From contig CAKKNE010000006.1 in the NCBI GenBank assembly GCA_918797485.1, positions 3,658,001-3,722,000 of the forward strand: a stretch of 64,000 nucleotides of DNA, read 5' to 3'. The position numbers and the translations under genes were made by a program. Positions within the stretch are counted from its first letter, which is position 1, and each line of letters opens with the position of its first letter. This stretch comes from Pelagomonas calceolata (taxonomy: Eukaryota). Positions 52,306 to 63,517 of the stretch are shown here, piece after piece. The notes beneath the pieces were generated by a model. That model ran no database searches. It saw only the letters and a program-made list of their open reading frames with translations, and was not told the DNA's origin.

Positions 52306-53343
52306 CTAGCCGGCCGTGATATCCCGCTTGATGCCCGGATCAGACTCGTCTAAGGGAGTGTCGCGGACGACGCACTTCTCGTAGAGGGCCTTGTACGCCG
52401 CGATGGCCTCGGGCGTCGTGAGCGCGTCGAGCCTGGAAAAGTCGTCCGCGTCGAGCGCCGCCGCCAGGTCAAAAACGTCCGCGTTCTCGACCATGCGCTC
52501 CCGCCGCGTCGACTTGGGCATGTAGATGGCGCCCTTGGCGACGCACCAGGCGCCCAGTACCTGGGCCGGCGTCGCGCCGTGCCTACTCGCGACGGCGTTG
52601 ATCGTCGGGTCGTCGAATGCCTTGCCGTCGCGCAGCGCCCGGTACGCTTGGATTTTGATGCCCTTCTTCGTGAGGTAGTCCAGCGTCTTCCTTCTATACA
52701 AAAAGGGGTTGAACTCGATCTGGTTCACGGCCGGGACGACCGACGCCTCCCTGAGGAGCTCTTCGATGTCCTCGACGGCGTAGTTGGAGACGCCGATGGA
52801 CTTCACGAGGCCTTCCGCTTGGCATTTCTCGAGCTCGAGGTAGGCGGCGACGTGCTTCCCCGGCACGGGCCAGTGGACCAGGTACAAATCGAGATACTCC
52901 GTGTTTAAATCACGCAGCGACCGCTCGACTTGCGCTCGGACGGCGGCCGGCCCGTCATATATCGCATCGGACCAGCACTTCGAGGCTAAGTATAAGTCCG
53001 ACCGGGGAATTTTTGATGTTTTAATCGCCTCGCCGACCTGGACCTCGTTCCCGTAGAACTGCGCGCAGTCCAGAAACCTATACCCGACGTCCAGCGCGTC
53101 CCCGACGATGTCCGTGGCAGTGGCGACCTCGCCGCCGCTCTCCTCGGCGCCGGCGACGGCCGCCGAGGCGGAGGCGGGGATGAAGCCGACCTTGTACGTC
53201 CCGAAGCCGATCTGCGGGTGGCTCGTGCCGTCGTTGAGCGCGACGGTCGGGGCGCTGCTGAGCGAACTCATGCGCGGCGACGACCGGGACAGGCCGCGGG
53301 CCGCCCCTATCATTGCCGTCGCGAGGCGCGAGGCGAGCCGCAT
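52306..53343 (-). CDS. Aldo-keto reductase
   Basis: PQIGFGTY, GYRFLDCAQFYGNE, LYLASK, LDLYLVHWP, KSIGVSNY, NQIEFNPF, YMPKS...ENAD; presequence-like N-terminus. Confidence 0.95.
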   Translation of the reverse strand: MRLASRLATAMIGAARGLSRSSPRMSSLSSAPTVALNDGTSHPQIGFGTYKVGFIPASASAAVAGAEESGGEVATATDIVGDALDVGYRFLDCAQFYGNEVQVGEAIKTSKIPRSDLYLASKCWSDAIYDGPAAVRAQVERSLRDLNTEYLDLYLVHWPVPGKHVAAYLELEKCQAEGLVKSIGVSNYAVEDIEELLREASVVPAVNQIEFNPFLYRRKTLDYLTKKGIKIQAYRALRDGKAFDDPTINAVASRHGATPAQVLGAWCVAKGAIYMPKSTRRERMVENADVFDLAAALDADDFSRLDALTTPEAIAAYKALYEKCVVRDTPLDESDPGIKRDITAG

Positions 53344-53457
53344 TGTGTTTCACGGGAGCGACAGCGCCAGTTGTCAAACAGATGCGAGCGGTCGAAATAT
53401 CGAACTGTGGGACTCTTGCGCCGGCGTGCGGCTGAGCTGCGACCAGGCTCTCCCAGC

Positions 53458-53483
53458 TTGCTAGTGTCTTACTGGACGCTAGC
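53458..53483. promoter_or_regulatory. Recurrent dyad motif, copy 4
   Basis: TTGCTAGTGTCTTACTGGACGCTAGC, 115 bp upstream of AKR ATG 53343. Confidence 0.6.
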
Positions 53484-53632
53484 TCGCCATATTCCCAGCG
53501 CGCTGATCTCGGTTGATCGGGCGCGCGCGAGTTCCTTGCTCATCAAAGAGGCCCCTCTGAGTGCGCGCATCCAGCGGAAAAACGGAAACCTGTGCTCCTG
53601 TCGCGGTTTAGGCGCCATTGAAGCCAATCTGA

Positions 53633-53974
53633 GCCATCGCCATCGGCTTGTTCCTGTGGGGCTTCGGAGTCTGGGTGTATTTTCTGGCCTCGTCCACGTC
53701 CTTCCACCACTCGTCGCTGAGCAGCCGCCTCGGCCTCGGCGGCGGCACGGGCATTCCCTTCGCTCCGAACTGGTGGGGCGTCGTGTTTCCGATGGTGACG
53801 CTGACGATGTCGACGTACCAGATCCATACGGACACGGAGTGGCGCTTCTTCAAGGTCGTCGGGCGCATCCTCGCCGCCGTCCTGACGCTGACGGCGTGCT
53901 ACATCCACGCGCTGACGATCAAGCACGCGGTCACCCCCAAATTCTGGCACGGCTTCCACCCGAAGCAGACCTAG
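53633..53974 (+). pseudogene. 5'-truncated SLAC1/TDT (TehA/Mae1-like) anion transporter fragment, last three TM helices
   Basis: GLFLWGFGVWVYFLA, PFAPNWWGVVFPMVTL (family WxxxFP motif), FFKVVGRILAAVL; in-frame TGA at 53630 and no room for the N-terminal helices. Confidence 0.65.
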
Positions 53975-54045
53975 TCGACGCGCCGTCGACACGTCGCCGT
54001 CGTCGCACAACTTATCGATTAACTAACGCTATTAAACACTTAAGA

Positions 54046-55526
54046 CTACCGGAGCCGCCAGGACCGCACCTGCTCGTAGGGCGGCACCCTGGACAGGTCC
54101 TCGCCGTGCGCCGCCATGGATGGAGGCGCCGCGCACATGTATTGCCCTATCCTCAAGATATCTTCCTCCGTGACGGCGTCGACGGCCGCCGTCATCTCCT
54201 GCAAAGTTTGGCGCCTCCCAAAAGTCGCGACCTGCCGCGCAATATCTTCGAATAACACCAGTCTAGACTCGAGCTGCGTCAACACGTTGACCTTGAGCAT
54301 GTTCTTGGCCCGGTCCAATTCTGATCTCTCAACAGGCTGCTGGCCCAACCGCAACAGATTGGACATGAGCACCTCGGTCAAGTGATGCGCACTTGCAGGA
54401 GCACACGCCCCCACAATACCTAATAACCCCTCCCGATCGTGGATGGACACGAAGGCCTCGCAGGCCTCGACCCAGTGGTACCGGTTGAGCACCTCTCTGT
54501 ATAAGCGAGAGTACATTCCCTTGCCGGGTCCACCGGCGGAGAAGGAATCGCCACCCCCCAACAGAGTTTGGAGCACACAACAAGCGATCAAATCCTTCGA
54601 ATGCCACCCTCCTTCGGGCGCGCGCATGGCGCAGGCAATCCTCACTTGAGGTGTGGCTTCAACAGCATAACCAGACGGCGTCGGGGCCCGCTCCTCGGCC
54701 AGGACGCACCCGCCCACGTAAGGCGACTGTGTGATCGCCAGTGGCGCTGTTGATGGAGGCAGGTGCGGCTCGAAGTGTTTTTCGGCCAATGCAATAAGTT
54801 CGTCGTGGCCGACACCGCGCCCGCGACGACCAGCGATTGGGGCTGCGTGATCAAGGCGCGGAAGTCCGCGAGCGTTTTTGGGGACAAAGTGTGCAGCTGG
54901 GACGGCGGGCAGAGGGCGGCGCGCCCAACGGCGATGAACCGTACGCGGCGGCGTGGATGTTTTCCCGGACGCGCGCGCCCCAGCGTCGCGCCCAGAAAAG
55001 CTAGCTCCATACCCTCGCGCACCTCGTCCATGGCGCCCGGCGCCTCGAGGTCCGGACCCAGCAGGCACGCCTCCGCAAGTAATTGCGTCGCGTCCTCGAG
55101 CTTATCTCGCAAAGCATCAATACAGTAGAGTCTGCTCTGCTCGCTGCGCGTTCGCGTGCAGGTACGCCCGCACGCCTCCGCGCGCTTCAGCACGTCGGCC
55201 GTCGACGAGTTCCTCGTCCCTCGCCACGCGCACACTTCCGCGAGCTGCGCGCCGCCCACAGTCCCGAGGTGGGCCTTCTCGTCGGCCGCTCCACCACAAA
55301 TCACGACGCCGATAGCTGACATATAGGTGTGCGTCTCCTGGGAGACGACCCGCAAGCCGCTCGGCAGCGTCGTCAATTGGGTCGTTGGTGCAATCTCCGG
55401 AAAGGGCGGCTGGTGCGCGTTCCAGCCGCCGCGGGGAAAGGGCGGGACCATGGCGTAGTCCGCGGGCATGCCGCTCTTGTGGCGCCGCCGCCGCGCCGCC
55501 GTCGCGCGGCGCAGGGCGGACCGCAT
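54046..55526 (-). CDS. PMPCA: Mitochondrial processing peptidase alpha subunit (frameshifts between ~54780 and 55170)
   Basis: Arg-rich presequence, TQLTTLPSGLRVVSQE, glycine-rich loop LLGGGDSFSAGGPGKGMYSRLY, ELDRAKNMLK...LESRLVLFEDIARQV. Confidence 0.92.
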
Positions 55527-55716
55527 GGTGCAACGTCGCGTCTCCGGGCGTCGAAATCGCTGGGCCAGAGGCAGGGAGAGGCCCGGGCCAGAGGCTGGGC
55601 GCCTGTCGAAATCGCTGGCGCGGCGCAGTTATACGTTGCAAGAGAACTCCTCGCCGTCAAATGAGGGCACGTATGCTGCGCAGCGGCTGCGCTTGGCCCC
55701 TGCAAAAGCGAAGGCA

Positions 55717-55743
55717 GCTAGCGGCATGTATAGACACTAGCAA
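55717..55743. promoter_or_regulatory. Recurrent dyad motif, copy 5 (reverse orientation)
   Basis: Reverse complement TTGCTAGTGTCTATACATGCCGCTAGC, between divergent PMPCA and ORMDL. Confidence 0.55.
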
Positions 55744-56053
55744 GCCATTTTTGTCGGCTCTCTTTGGCGGCTCCAACAGCTCATCCAGCAGCGCGAGACG
55801 TTCTGGCCGTCTCATACTGCCGCCGCACGCATAACAAGCGTACAGAAACGCCCCGCTTCCGGCTAGGCCCCGAAAGGCCCCACCGCCGTGCGCAGCGCCG
55901 CGCGTTCCGCCAGCGCCGCAGCGTCAATCCGCCGCCCGCAAGCGGCCCAGGGCTTCGCCAAAGCCGCCCTTGCGCCGCCGACACGCCGACGCCGCCGCGG
56001 CGCGCCCGCCGCCCACGCTCGACGCTCGACGCCGCGGTGCCCGACAAAGAAAG

Positions 56054-56589
56054 ATGCCCGTCCCACGAAATTACTCGGACAACTACCTCTCCGGCATGGA
56101 CCCGGACCCGAAGCGAAATGTGGCGGTGGAGTGCTTCCAGATCGATACCACAAGGTTCGCGGCGACCTACGTCATGCTCATTCTGATCGTCTACGGCGCG
56201 ATCCACGGCTCGGGCTACACGTCCGAGCAGTCCCTGTCGGCGACGAACGTGGCACACGCGCTCGTGACCTTCGTCTTCTTCCACTGGGCCCGCGGCTCGC
56301 CGGACACGCACGCGCAGGGCGATTACGATGATTTGACGGTCTGGGAGCAGCTCGACGGCGGCGCGTCGTGGTCCGCCACCAAAAAAGTCTTCCTCATCGT
56401 GCCGACGCTCGTCCTGCTGGCTTATTTAAATGCGGCGGACTTTTCGCGACAACCGACCGACCGCCGTCCCCATCTACGCGCTCCTCTGCATCCTGCCCAA
56501 ACTGCCGGGCATGCATCGGTGCGGATCCTGGGCATCAACCGGACCGTGGGCTTCAGGTCCGACGACGAGACCAAGAAGCCGGGTCGTGA
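56054..56589 (+). CDS. ORMDL: ORMDL/Orm1 sphingolipid biosynthesis regulator (3' frameshifts, end approximate)
   Basis: TNVAHALVTFVFFHWARGSP...LTVWEQLDGG...TKKVFLIVP, then ILPKLPGMH and VRILGIN in shifted frames. Confidence 0.9.
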
Positions 56590-56940
56590 GGTTGCTTCCT
56601 TTCTCCTCCTCCCTCCTACGGCGACTGGACATATCGCCTCCTTTTGGGACGACGTAGGATTGATCGCGTGCAAGAGCGCGCAAACTTGGCTTCTAGTGTG
56701 TCTTCTTAGCGATCTGACAATAAATCGAGGGTACGTGGTGAGTGGGTGTTTGGTTCGGCAGTAGCACCTTTGCGAACGCCTCTCGGATCGATACGCGACC
56801 ACCGTGCTGTGTTGCATCTGACGCGAGCATTTCTACGTGCAATTTGACGCCGTAGACACCTCTGAAGCAGCTTGCATCCATCTGCACTGCAGCAAATTTC
56901 ACGTTGTAGACAAGAGGAGCTTCATCAGCAGCGCAGTAAA

Positions 56941-57360
56941 ATGATTCTCCTATGGTGGGTGCTGCCCGTACCTTGCCAAGCGATCGCATTCCTGGCAGTG
57001 CTTATCGCCGCGAGCGCCCTGCAAACGCAGCCGATGCAGCTTCACGAGCGACGGCGCGTCGTCGCATCAGTCGCGCGGGTCGAAGTATGCACGAAAAAGC
57101 ACTGCAAGAAAAAAGGTAGCTTGAAAACGCTACGCATCTTCGAGGCGTTGGCGCCGGACGGCGTCGAGGTGCTCACCGCCGACATGTCGCACACGGAGCA
57201 CGGCTGCTTCGACGAGTGCACGATGGGCCCGAACGTCCGCGTCGACGGCGCCGGCCCCAAAGCCGACGGCGGGCCGATCGTCAACGGCGTGCGGGGCGCC
57301 GCGGGCGCCGCGGAGGTCCTCGGCATCGACGTCCCCGAGGGCTGGGAGCTGCCTAACTGA
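56941..57360 (+). CDS. Thioredoxin-like [2Fe-2S] ferredoxin family protein, possibly plastid-targeted
   Basis: VEVCTKKHCKKKGS and GCFDECTMGPNV (Cx4C...Cx3C); hydrophobic leader ending ASAL. Confidence 0.8.
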   Translation: MILLWWVLPVPCQAIAFLAVLIAASALQTQPMQLHERRRVVASVARVEVCTKKHCKKKGSLKTLRIFEALAPDGVEVLTADMSHTEHGCFDECTMGPNVRVDGAGPKADGGPIVNGVRGAAGAAEVLGIDVPEGWELPN

Positions 57361-59251
57361 CACAACTGTTTACTCGAACCACCGGCCCTCGCCCGCGACG
57401 ACGGCCTTCTTCAGCGACGCGAGGTAGGCCGCTGCGGCGCTTGCTAATTGCGCGCTCGACGTCCTGCTCCGGCGCCTTCTTCTTCCTCCGCTTCTTGTCG
57501 CGCTTGCGCTCGGCGGCGTCGAAGACCTGCTCGACGGCGCGGTCGTCCGCGCGGTCGCGCATCAACCCGTCGTCCACGACCTTCCTCGGAGCCTTCGGAA
57601 CTTCTTCCGCGCCCTTCCGGGCCCGCTTCTTCTCCAGCCGGTTCGCGATGCGCTTCTCCCGCCGCCGCTCCTTGCGCGACGGCCCGTCCAACGGCGCCGT
57701 CGCCTTCGCCTTCGCGTCGTCCTCCCGTTTCTGGCGCAGGGCCACCTTCCGGTGGTCCTCGACGACAAAGGCCACGATCGGCCGCGGCACCTCACTCCCC
57801 ATTTTTTTGCCGCGGGGCACGCAGTAACTCGCTAATTCCGGGTTGTTGTTCGCAAACCGCAAGACCCGCATGGCGCACGCATGACTTGAAAACTCGGCAA
57901 ACGCATAACCCTTGGACTTGCCGGGTTTGGGCTTTTTACCGGGCACCGTCGGCACCTTGTCCCGGGCCACGTGCACCGCGCCCACATCCTTCGGAGAGAC
58001 GCCGGCCGCCTCGATCAACTCCTTCAGGAGGGCCGCGTCGACGTGCGGCGCGAGGTTTCTTATGGATAACCGCTGCGGGTTCACGTGGAATAATGGATTT
58101 CTCAATTTTGTGGCCGCCTCCTGGCGCGCCCGTTCTCTCTTCTTAAGATCGTTTTCCGGAACACCAATGGCCGCGGGGTCGCCCTTCTGGATGAGACCCT
58201 CTCTACTCAGAGCCACGTGGCGCCGGTCGCCTCCGACCAACGCGTGCTCGAGCTTGCGTTTTTTCGCGGGGCCGACTTCGTCTCTCAGCTTCGATGCTGT
58301 CGACTGATCAACCGCTAGAGCCACAATCAAGGGCCGCGCGTCGAGGGCCCACGCCTCCATCGTCGCGTTCGTCGCGCTGTCCGCCGAAGAATAGCGTACG
58401 AAGCACGAGCCTTTCCCCAGGCCCGTGGCCTTGTCCTTGACGACGTGGACGCTTTCTATACTACCACTCTTCGCGAAGAGCTCGGCCAGGGCTTTTCGGG
58501 TGGCGCCGTAGGGCACGTTCCTGACGAACAGCGTCCGGCCCTCGGCGACGTCGTCGGGCTTCTTGTCTTCCGAGGCCTCCTCGTCGTCCGATTCCTCGTC
58601 GTCGTCGTCCTCGGCGGCGTCAGACTCCTCGCCACCCGCGTCTTCGTTGTCCTCCTCGGCGGCGTCCGACGCCTCGGCAGCCTCGGACTCGTCGCCCGAC
58701 GCCGAGGCGCCGTCTTCGGACGCCTGGGCGGGCTCGGGCGCCGCCACGACATGGTCGGACTTCGGCGTCGCCTGGTCCACGGCCACGGGCCGCCCCTTCA
58801 CCGCAAATTTACCAGAAGACGCGGCCTTCAAAGCGCGCCGCGCGTCGCTCTCGCAGAAGAACTCGACGAAGCCAAATCCCCGCGACTTTTCGCCGACGCG
58901 CGGCACGCGCGCCTCGCGCAGCGGGCCGTACGCCATGAACGCATCCAACAGGTCCTCTTCCAACGCCCTAAAATGCAAATTGCGCACGACTAACCTACCT
59001 TTCTGTTCATTTGATCTATCGACGTGCGCCTCGAGGCGGCACGCGAGCTTCGACCCCTTGAACGTAGCACCATCGAGCCGCTGGCACGCTTGCGACGCCT
59101 TTTGTAAAGATGAAAATGTGGCCACTGCTAAGGCGCCCGCCGGCCGCATTGCTGCTCCTTCGACACTCGTCACTTTCTCAAAACCTTCTAGCTTCCTCAA
59201 CCGCTTATAAACAGCCTTGTCCGACGCGCCCACTCCAAAGACGGGCAACAA
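57353..59251 (-). CDS. RBM28: RBM28/Nop4 multi-RRM ribosome biogenesis factor (5' end unresolved)
   Basis: RLVVRNLHF...SRGFGFVEF; acidic linker; TLFVRNVPY...KGSCFVRY; DRRHVALSREG; KLRNPLFHVNPQRLSIRNL...SKGYAFAEF...NNNP. No in-frame ATG found upstream. Confidence 0.87.
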   Translation of the reverse strand: MLPVFGVGASDKAVYKRLRKLEGFEKVTSVEGAAMRPAGALAVATFSSLQKASQACQRLDGATFKGSKLACRLEAHVDRSNEQKGRLVVRNLHFRALEEDLLDAFMAYGPLREARVPRVGEKSRGFGFVEFFCESDARRALKAASSGKFAVKGRPVAVDQATPKSDHVVAAPEPAQASEDGASASGDESEAAEASDAAEEDNEDAGGEESDAAEDDDDEESDDEEASEDKKPDDVAEGRTLFVRNVPYGATRKALAELFAKSGSIESVHVVKDKATGLGKGSCFVRYSSADSATNATMEAWALDARPLIVALAVDQSTASKLRDEVGPAKKRKLEHALVGGDRRHVALSREGLIQKGDPAAIGVPENDLKKRERARQEAATKLRNPLFHVNPQRLSIRNLAPHVDAALLKELIEAAGVSPKDVGAVHVARDKVPTVPGKKPKPGKSKGYAFAEFSSHACAMRVLRFANNNPELASYCVPRGKKMGSEVPRPIVAFVVEDHRKVALRQKREDDAKAKATAPLDGPSRKERRREKRIANRLEKKRARKGAEEVPKAPRKVVDDGLMRDRADDRAVEQVFDAAERKRDKKRRKKKAPEQDVERAISKRRSGLPRVAEEGRRRGRGPVVRVNSCVS

Positions 59252-59549
59252 CCGTGTGGAAAAACAGGTTTTAGGCCACAGCCACTCGGCTACAGCTCGA
59301 GCTTCACGCCCTGTGCGGGAGCTCTGAGGCGATTTAACAGTACTGTATCATCGTCGGAATACTACGGGCACGAATTTCGGCGCTCGTCGCGCGGCAGGAC
59401 AAAAAACAGCCACATCCTGGAGGAAGCCTGTTTTCCCATCGCGGCGCACGCGTCGCGCGACCGACGAGAAAGGAGTGGAGGGACACGACAACCGGCCGCT
59501 GATTCATGACGAGCGAAACCGCCGCGCAGGTCTCGGGACTCGGGACGCG

Positions 59550-60503
59550 ATGGCCGACACCGCCATGGGCCCGGCGCCGCTGGAGCGCCAGGAGAGCGTG
59601 CCGATGGAGATCATGAACAAGTGCGCCTACGGCGAGCCCTCGACGAAGACGATCATGGTCATGGGCGCCGTCGCCGCGGTACTGGCCTCGATCACCGTCT
59701 ACTGCATCGTCTCCTGGGCGCGGCGCTCCGCGCGGGCCAAGTTCAAGGCCATGATCAAGAGCGTCTTCGAGGAGGTCGACCACGACCACGGCGGCACCGT
59801 CGACAGCGACGAGCTCTACACGGCCGTCTTGCTCGTCTACCTCCAGGTGAGGGAGAGTACTTAAGCGGTCACGAACGCTAGACTAACTCGTGCGCCGGCG
59901 CAGGTGAATAAGGCCATCCGCGTCATCGGCGCGGTCAAGCCCCCGAAGCGCCATTCGGTGGATGAGGTCCTCGCGCAGTACGCGAAAGACAACAAGTCGG
60001 GCAAGGAGCTCAACCAGGACCAGTTCGAGGACGTCATGAAGATCCTGTCCAAGGACGTCGCCGGCCGCGTGACGGTGACGTGCGGCATCATGGTCGGCTG
60101 CCCGATGCTCGGCGGCATTCTGGTGAATATGGCGCTCGCCAAGTTCGGCCGCCCGTCGGCGGCGCGCCCCTGCGGCAGCCTCCTGTTTACCTTACTCGAG
60201 CCCCAGTTCCCGACGATCGTCTCCCTCGTCCTCATGCTCGTGCTCCTTCCGTTATTGCTGGACGCGCTCGACAGCTACCTCGAGAACCGCCAGTCGAAGC
60301 TCGGGGCCATGAAGGAGCTCGTGCGCGCCGACTCGACGCCGAAGGCGACAGCGGCCGAGTCTTCCGTGCGCAAGGAGGCCGACAAGCTCGCCCAAGCCGT
60401 CGAGACGGCCGCCGAGGAAGTCAAGCCCGTCGCGGAGGCCGCGCCCAAGAAGAAGAAGGGCTTCTCGCCGTTCAAGGGCTTCGGCAAGAAGAAGGAGGCC
60501 TGA
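59550..60503 (+). CDS. Membrane protein with EF-hand(s); exons 59550-59846 and 59904-60503
   Basis: EF-hand DHDHGGTVDSDE; canonical intron GTGAGG...GACTAAC...CAG (59847-59903); three hydrophobic segments. Confidence 0.75.
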
Positions 60504-60595
60504 GCGGCGCGCCGGAGGCCTCTCGCGGCGGCCGCGCCGCCGCCCGCTCCCGGAGGCCTAAGCCTAGATCACAGAATTACGCAAAAACAAAACAG

Positions 60596-63212
60596 TTAGT
60601 ACCCGAACACGCGCAGCCCGACCGTGTCCTCCTTGCCCCCCTTGCCCGTGCCGACGAGGAGCTTGTACTTGCCCCGTCCCACGATCTTGTCCCGGTCCCA
60701 GACGCCCTCGTAGCGGTTCCCGTTCAGGTACGTCAGCTCGCCGGGCCCGTGCCGCATGTTCCGCCAGTACTGGCCCCTAAAAACCGTGCCGGATGCGCTC
60801 AACTCGGTACCTTCGCCGTGGCGCTGGTTGTCCTTCCACTGGCCCTCGTACTGCGAGCCGTCGGGCCAGACATATAAACCGCGGCCCGTCATCCGCTCCC
60901 GCAAGAAGTCGCCCTTGTAGTAGCCGCCGTCCTTGTATATTAATTTGCCCGTGCCGTGCCTTAGGTTATCGCACCATTCGCCCTCGTAGGATTCGATGGG
61001 GTCCTGGAATTTATATGTGTACAACCCAATACCGTGCCGCCTTCCTTCGACCCAGTCGCCGTCGTAGCTCTCCTCCAAAATATTGCCCGGTGAATAGGTC
61101 AATTTGCCCTTGCCGTGCTGGATGTCGTCGCAATACTCGCCCTCGTACGTGTTGCCATCGACAAACCGGAAGAACCCATGACCATGCTTCTTATTGTCCC
61201 GCCACCACCCTTTATAATAATGATTTGTGGTCGCATAGACCATCTCGCCCTCGCCCTGCATGCGATCTTCCCGGAACCCGCCCTTGTAGACATTGCCGGT
61301 CGACCACTTGTAGATGCCCTGGCCATGTTTGCGATTGCGCCGGAACTCGCCCCGATACGAGTCGCCCTGCCTGTACTGAAAAATGCCCTTCCCGTCGATA
61401 TCATTTTCCCGCCACCAGCCGTCATATCTCGAACCAGTACCGAAGACATAAGTGCCCTTGCCTGATTTCTTGTCGTCGACCCAGTTTCCACTATAGGCGT
61501 TGCCCCAGTTTCTGTACCAGTAGACGCCGTGGCCTTGCGCTAGTCCTTTCACGAAGGTCCCATCAAAAAAGTCCCCGTTCTTGAAGAAATATCTACCTCT
61601 TCCGTTTTTCTAAAAATCTCCCATCCCCGCAGTACTTCTCACCGTCCGGGGACACGAAGACGCCGTACCCCTCGTGGTGGCCCTTGACCCATTTCCCTGC
61701 GTACCTCGCACCGTCCGCATATCTACATGCGCCCCTACCGTGCCTCAGATCATCGTAGAACTCGCCTCGGTACACCTCGCCCGTCGCGAAAGAAAGTATA
61801 CCTCGGCCATTCGCCATGCCCCTCCTAATCTCCCCCAAGTAGGCGTCGCCATTCATCTTCGAGAACCGACCCACGCCTTCCGGCTTGTTCTCCACAAAAA
61901 GTCCCTCGTAGGCCGCCGTTGAGCGCGTCAATCTTCCGACACCGTGCATGCGCCCCGCGCGCCACTCGCCCTCGTACATCTCGCCGCAGGGATGGAAGAG
62001 GCAGCCCCAGCCGTCCCTCCGCCCTTCCTTCCACTCTCCCACATACTCCGTCCCATCGGGCTTCGTGTAGATCCCTTCTCCATGCCTCTTACCATTCTTC
62101 CAGTCGCCCGTGTACCTCCCTCGATCCGCCGGCCAGACACAGGTCCCGAAGCCCTCAAACAAACCATCTTTCATGTACCCCTCGGCGCGCGTCCCGCCCT
62201 GGAAGAGCTTCAAAGATAAACCCTTCCTCTTTGGATATATTCTTTTAATAAAATCATCCAAGTTGTCTCCCACCGGTTCTCTACTAATCCCCATGTCGCC
62301 CCGCAGCTTCTTGACGCGCTTTTCCTCCTTCTCGAGGGCCTTGGCTAATCGACGAGCTTCGGGCGACGCGAACTCCTTCGCTTTTTTTTGTTTGCCTCCC
62401 ACATCCTTGCCCATCTGGTCCTCCGGAATGTCCGTGGGACCGTCGGGGCCGTCGCCTCCGGAACTCTTCGCCTTGGCCGCCATCTTCGCCGTCCTCCTCT
62501 TTACTGTCGTTTCATCGTCCAGATCTTCGTCCGAGGAAAACTCGCTGATGTCGTCGTCATCGGAAATCTCCAGCACCAACCCGCTCTCCGTGATCACGAT
62601 GCCTTTATCTTCTTCCTCCTCTTCTTTCTTCCTTGACAGATAAAAGCCCTTGTGCCACGTCGCCTCGGGCGGTCCGACTAATAATTCATCCCGTTCTCGT
62701 TTCCGTTGCGCGTCGTAGATGCGCTCCCTCCTCCTAAGACCAAAATCTAGGTCTTCGGGCCGGCCCCAGGTACTCCTATACGTATCGGTCTCGAGGTACC
62801 ACAGAGCCCGCGTCTCCGGGTCGTAGTACTCGACCCACCCGCCTTGCGAATGGGTGACCTCCGACCGCTCTTGTAGTCGTTCCAAAGCGGGCATGGACTT
62901 GACCACTGAAGCCTTCTGCCATCTTTTGTACTTGGCCGCTTGTCGCCCGAGGTAGCCTCTGTACAATCGTTGTGCCAATAATCCCGCCCAGATCTGCTTC
63001 CTAAGAAATCTCGTCTCGTAGCGCCCGCGAAAGCCGCGAAGCCCCGCTTGGATCGTCGTCGTCGCCTGGCGCCGCTGCTCCTTCGAGTTCGCCGCCTTTT
63101 CGTTCTTGGCCTTTTCGGCGCCGGCGGCCTGCTCGGCGATCCATTTCTGCGTCTCGGTGGCGCGGAGCCGGGCGAGGCGATCTTCCCGCGTGCGGCCCAC
63201 GGCGACGCGCAT
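60596..63212 (-). CDS. IQ/WW/MORN-repeat protein, probably flagellar; one frameshift at ~61610-61627
   Basis: IQAGLRGFRGR and AQRLYRGYLGR (IQ); GWVEYYDPETRALWY...STWGRP (WW); more than 20 YxGxWxxGxxxGxG MORN repeats; KNGRGRYFFKNGDFFDGTF bridges the two ORFs. Confidence 0.88.
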
Positions 63213-63517
63213 CGTTTAGGGTGGGGCTGCCTCTTCAGCCAACACGAGGAGGGCAGTCTTGCGGCGCGGCCCCGGTTCTAGGGTGGGGCTGCCTCTTCGC
63301 TTGCGGCGGCCGGCGCGCCCGGGGCTCAGGTGCGGGCAGCCTTATACCGGGGGCCCCGGTTCTATTTGTCTTGCCTTGCCCAGTCCGCGGCGACCGGCGT
63401 GACCGGGTCTGTGTACGGCAGCCTCTTTCCCGGCCCTCGGCCCGCTTTGACAAACGCTGCGCGGCGGCGCTGGGCTGGAAAATCTAGTGTGTTACACAGT
63501 AGTCAAGTTCATGAAGC

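Noticed and set aside
59252..59268. CCGTGTGGAAAAACA as an introner TIR at the RBM28 5' end
   Set aside because: Single partial match with no partner TIR, TSD or AG acceptor.
54046..62000. PMPCA, ORMDL and MORN as pseudogenes or programmed frameshifts
   Set aside because: Motifs are intact on both sides of scattered small indels in conserved genes, and no common slippery motif is visible. Long-read consensus error is more parsimonious; polishing would decide.
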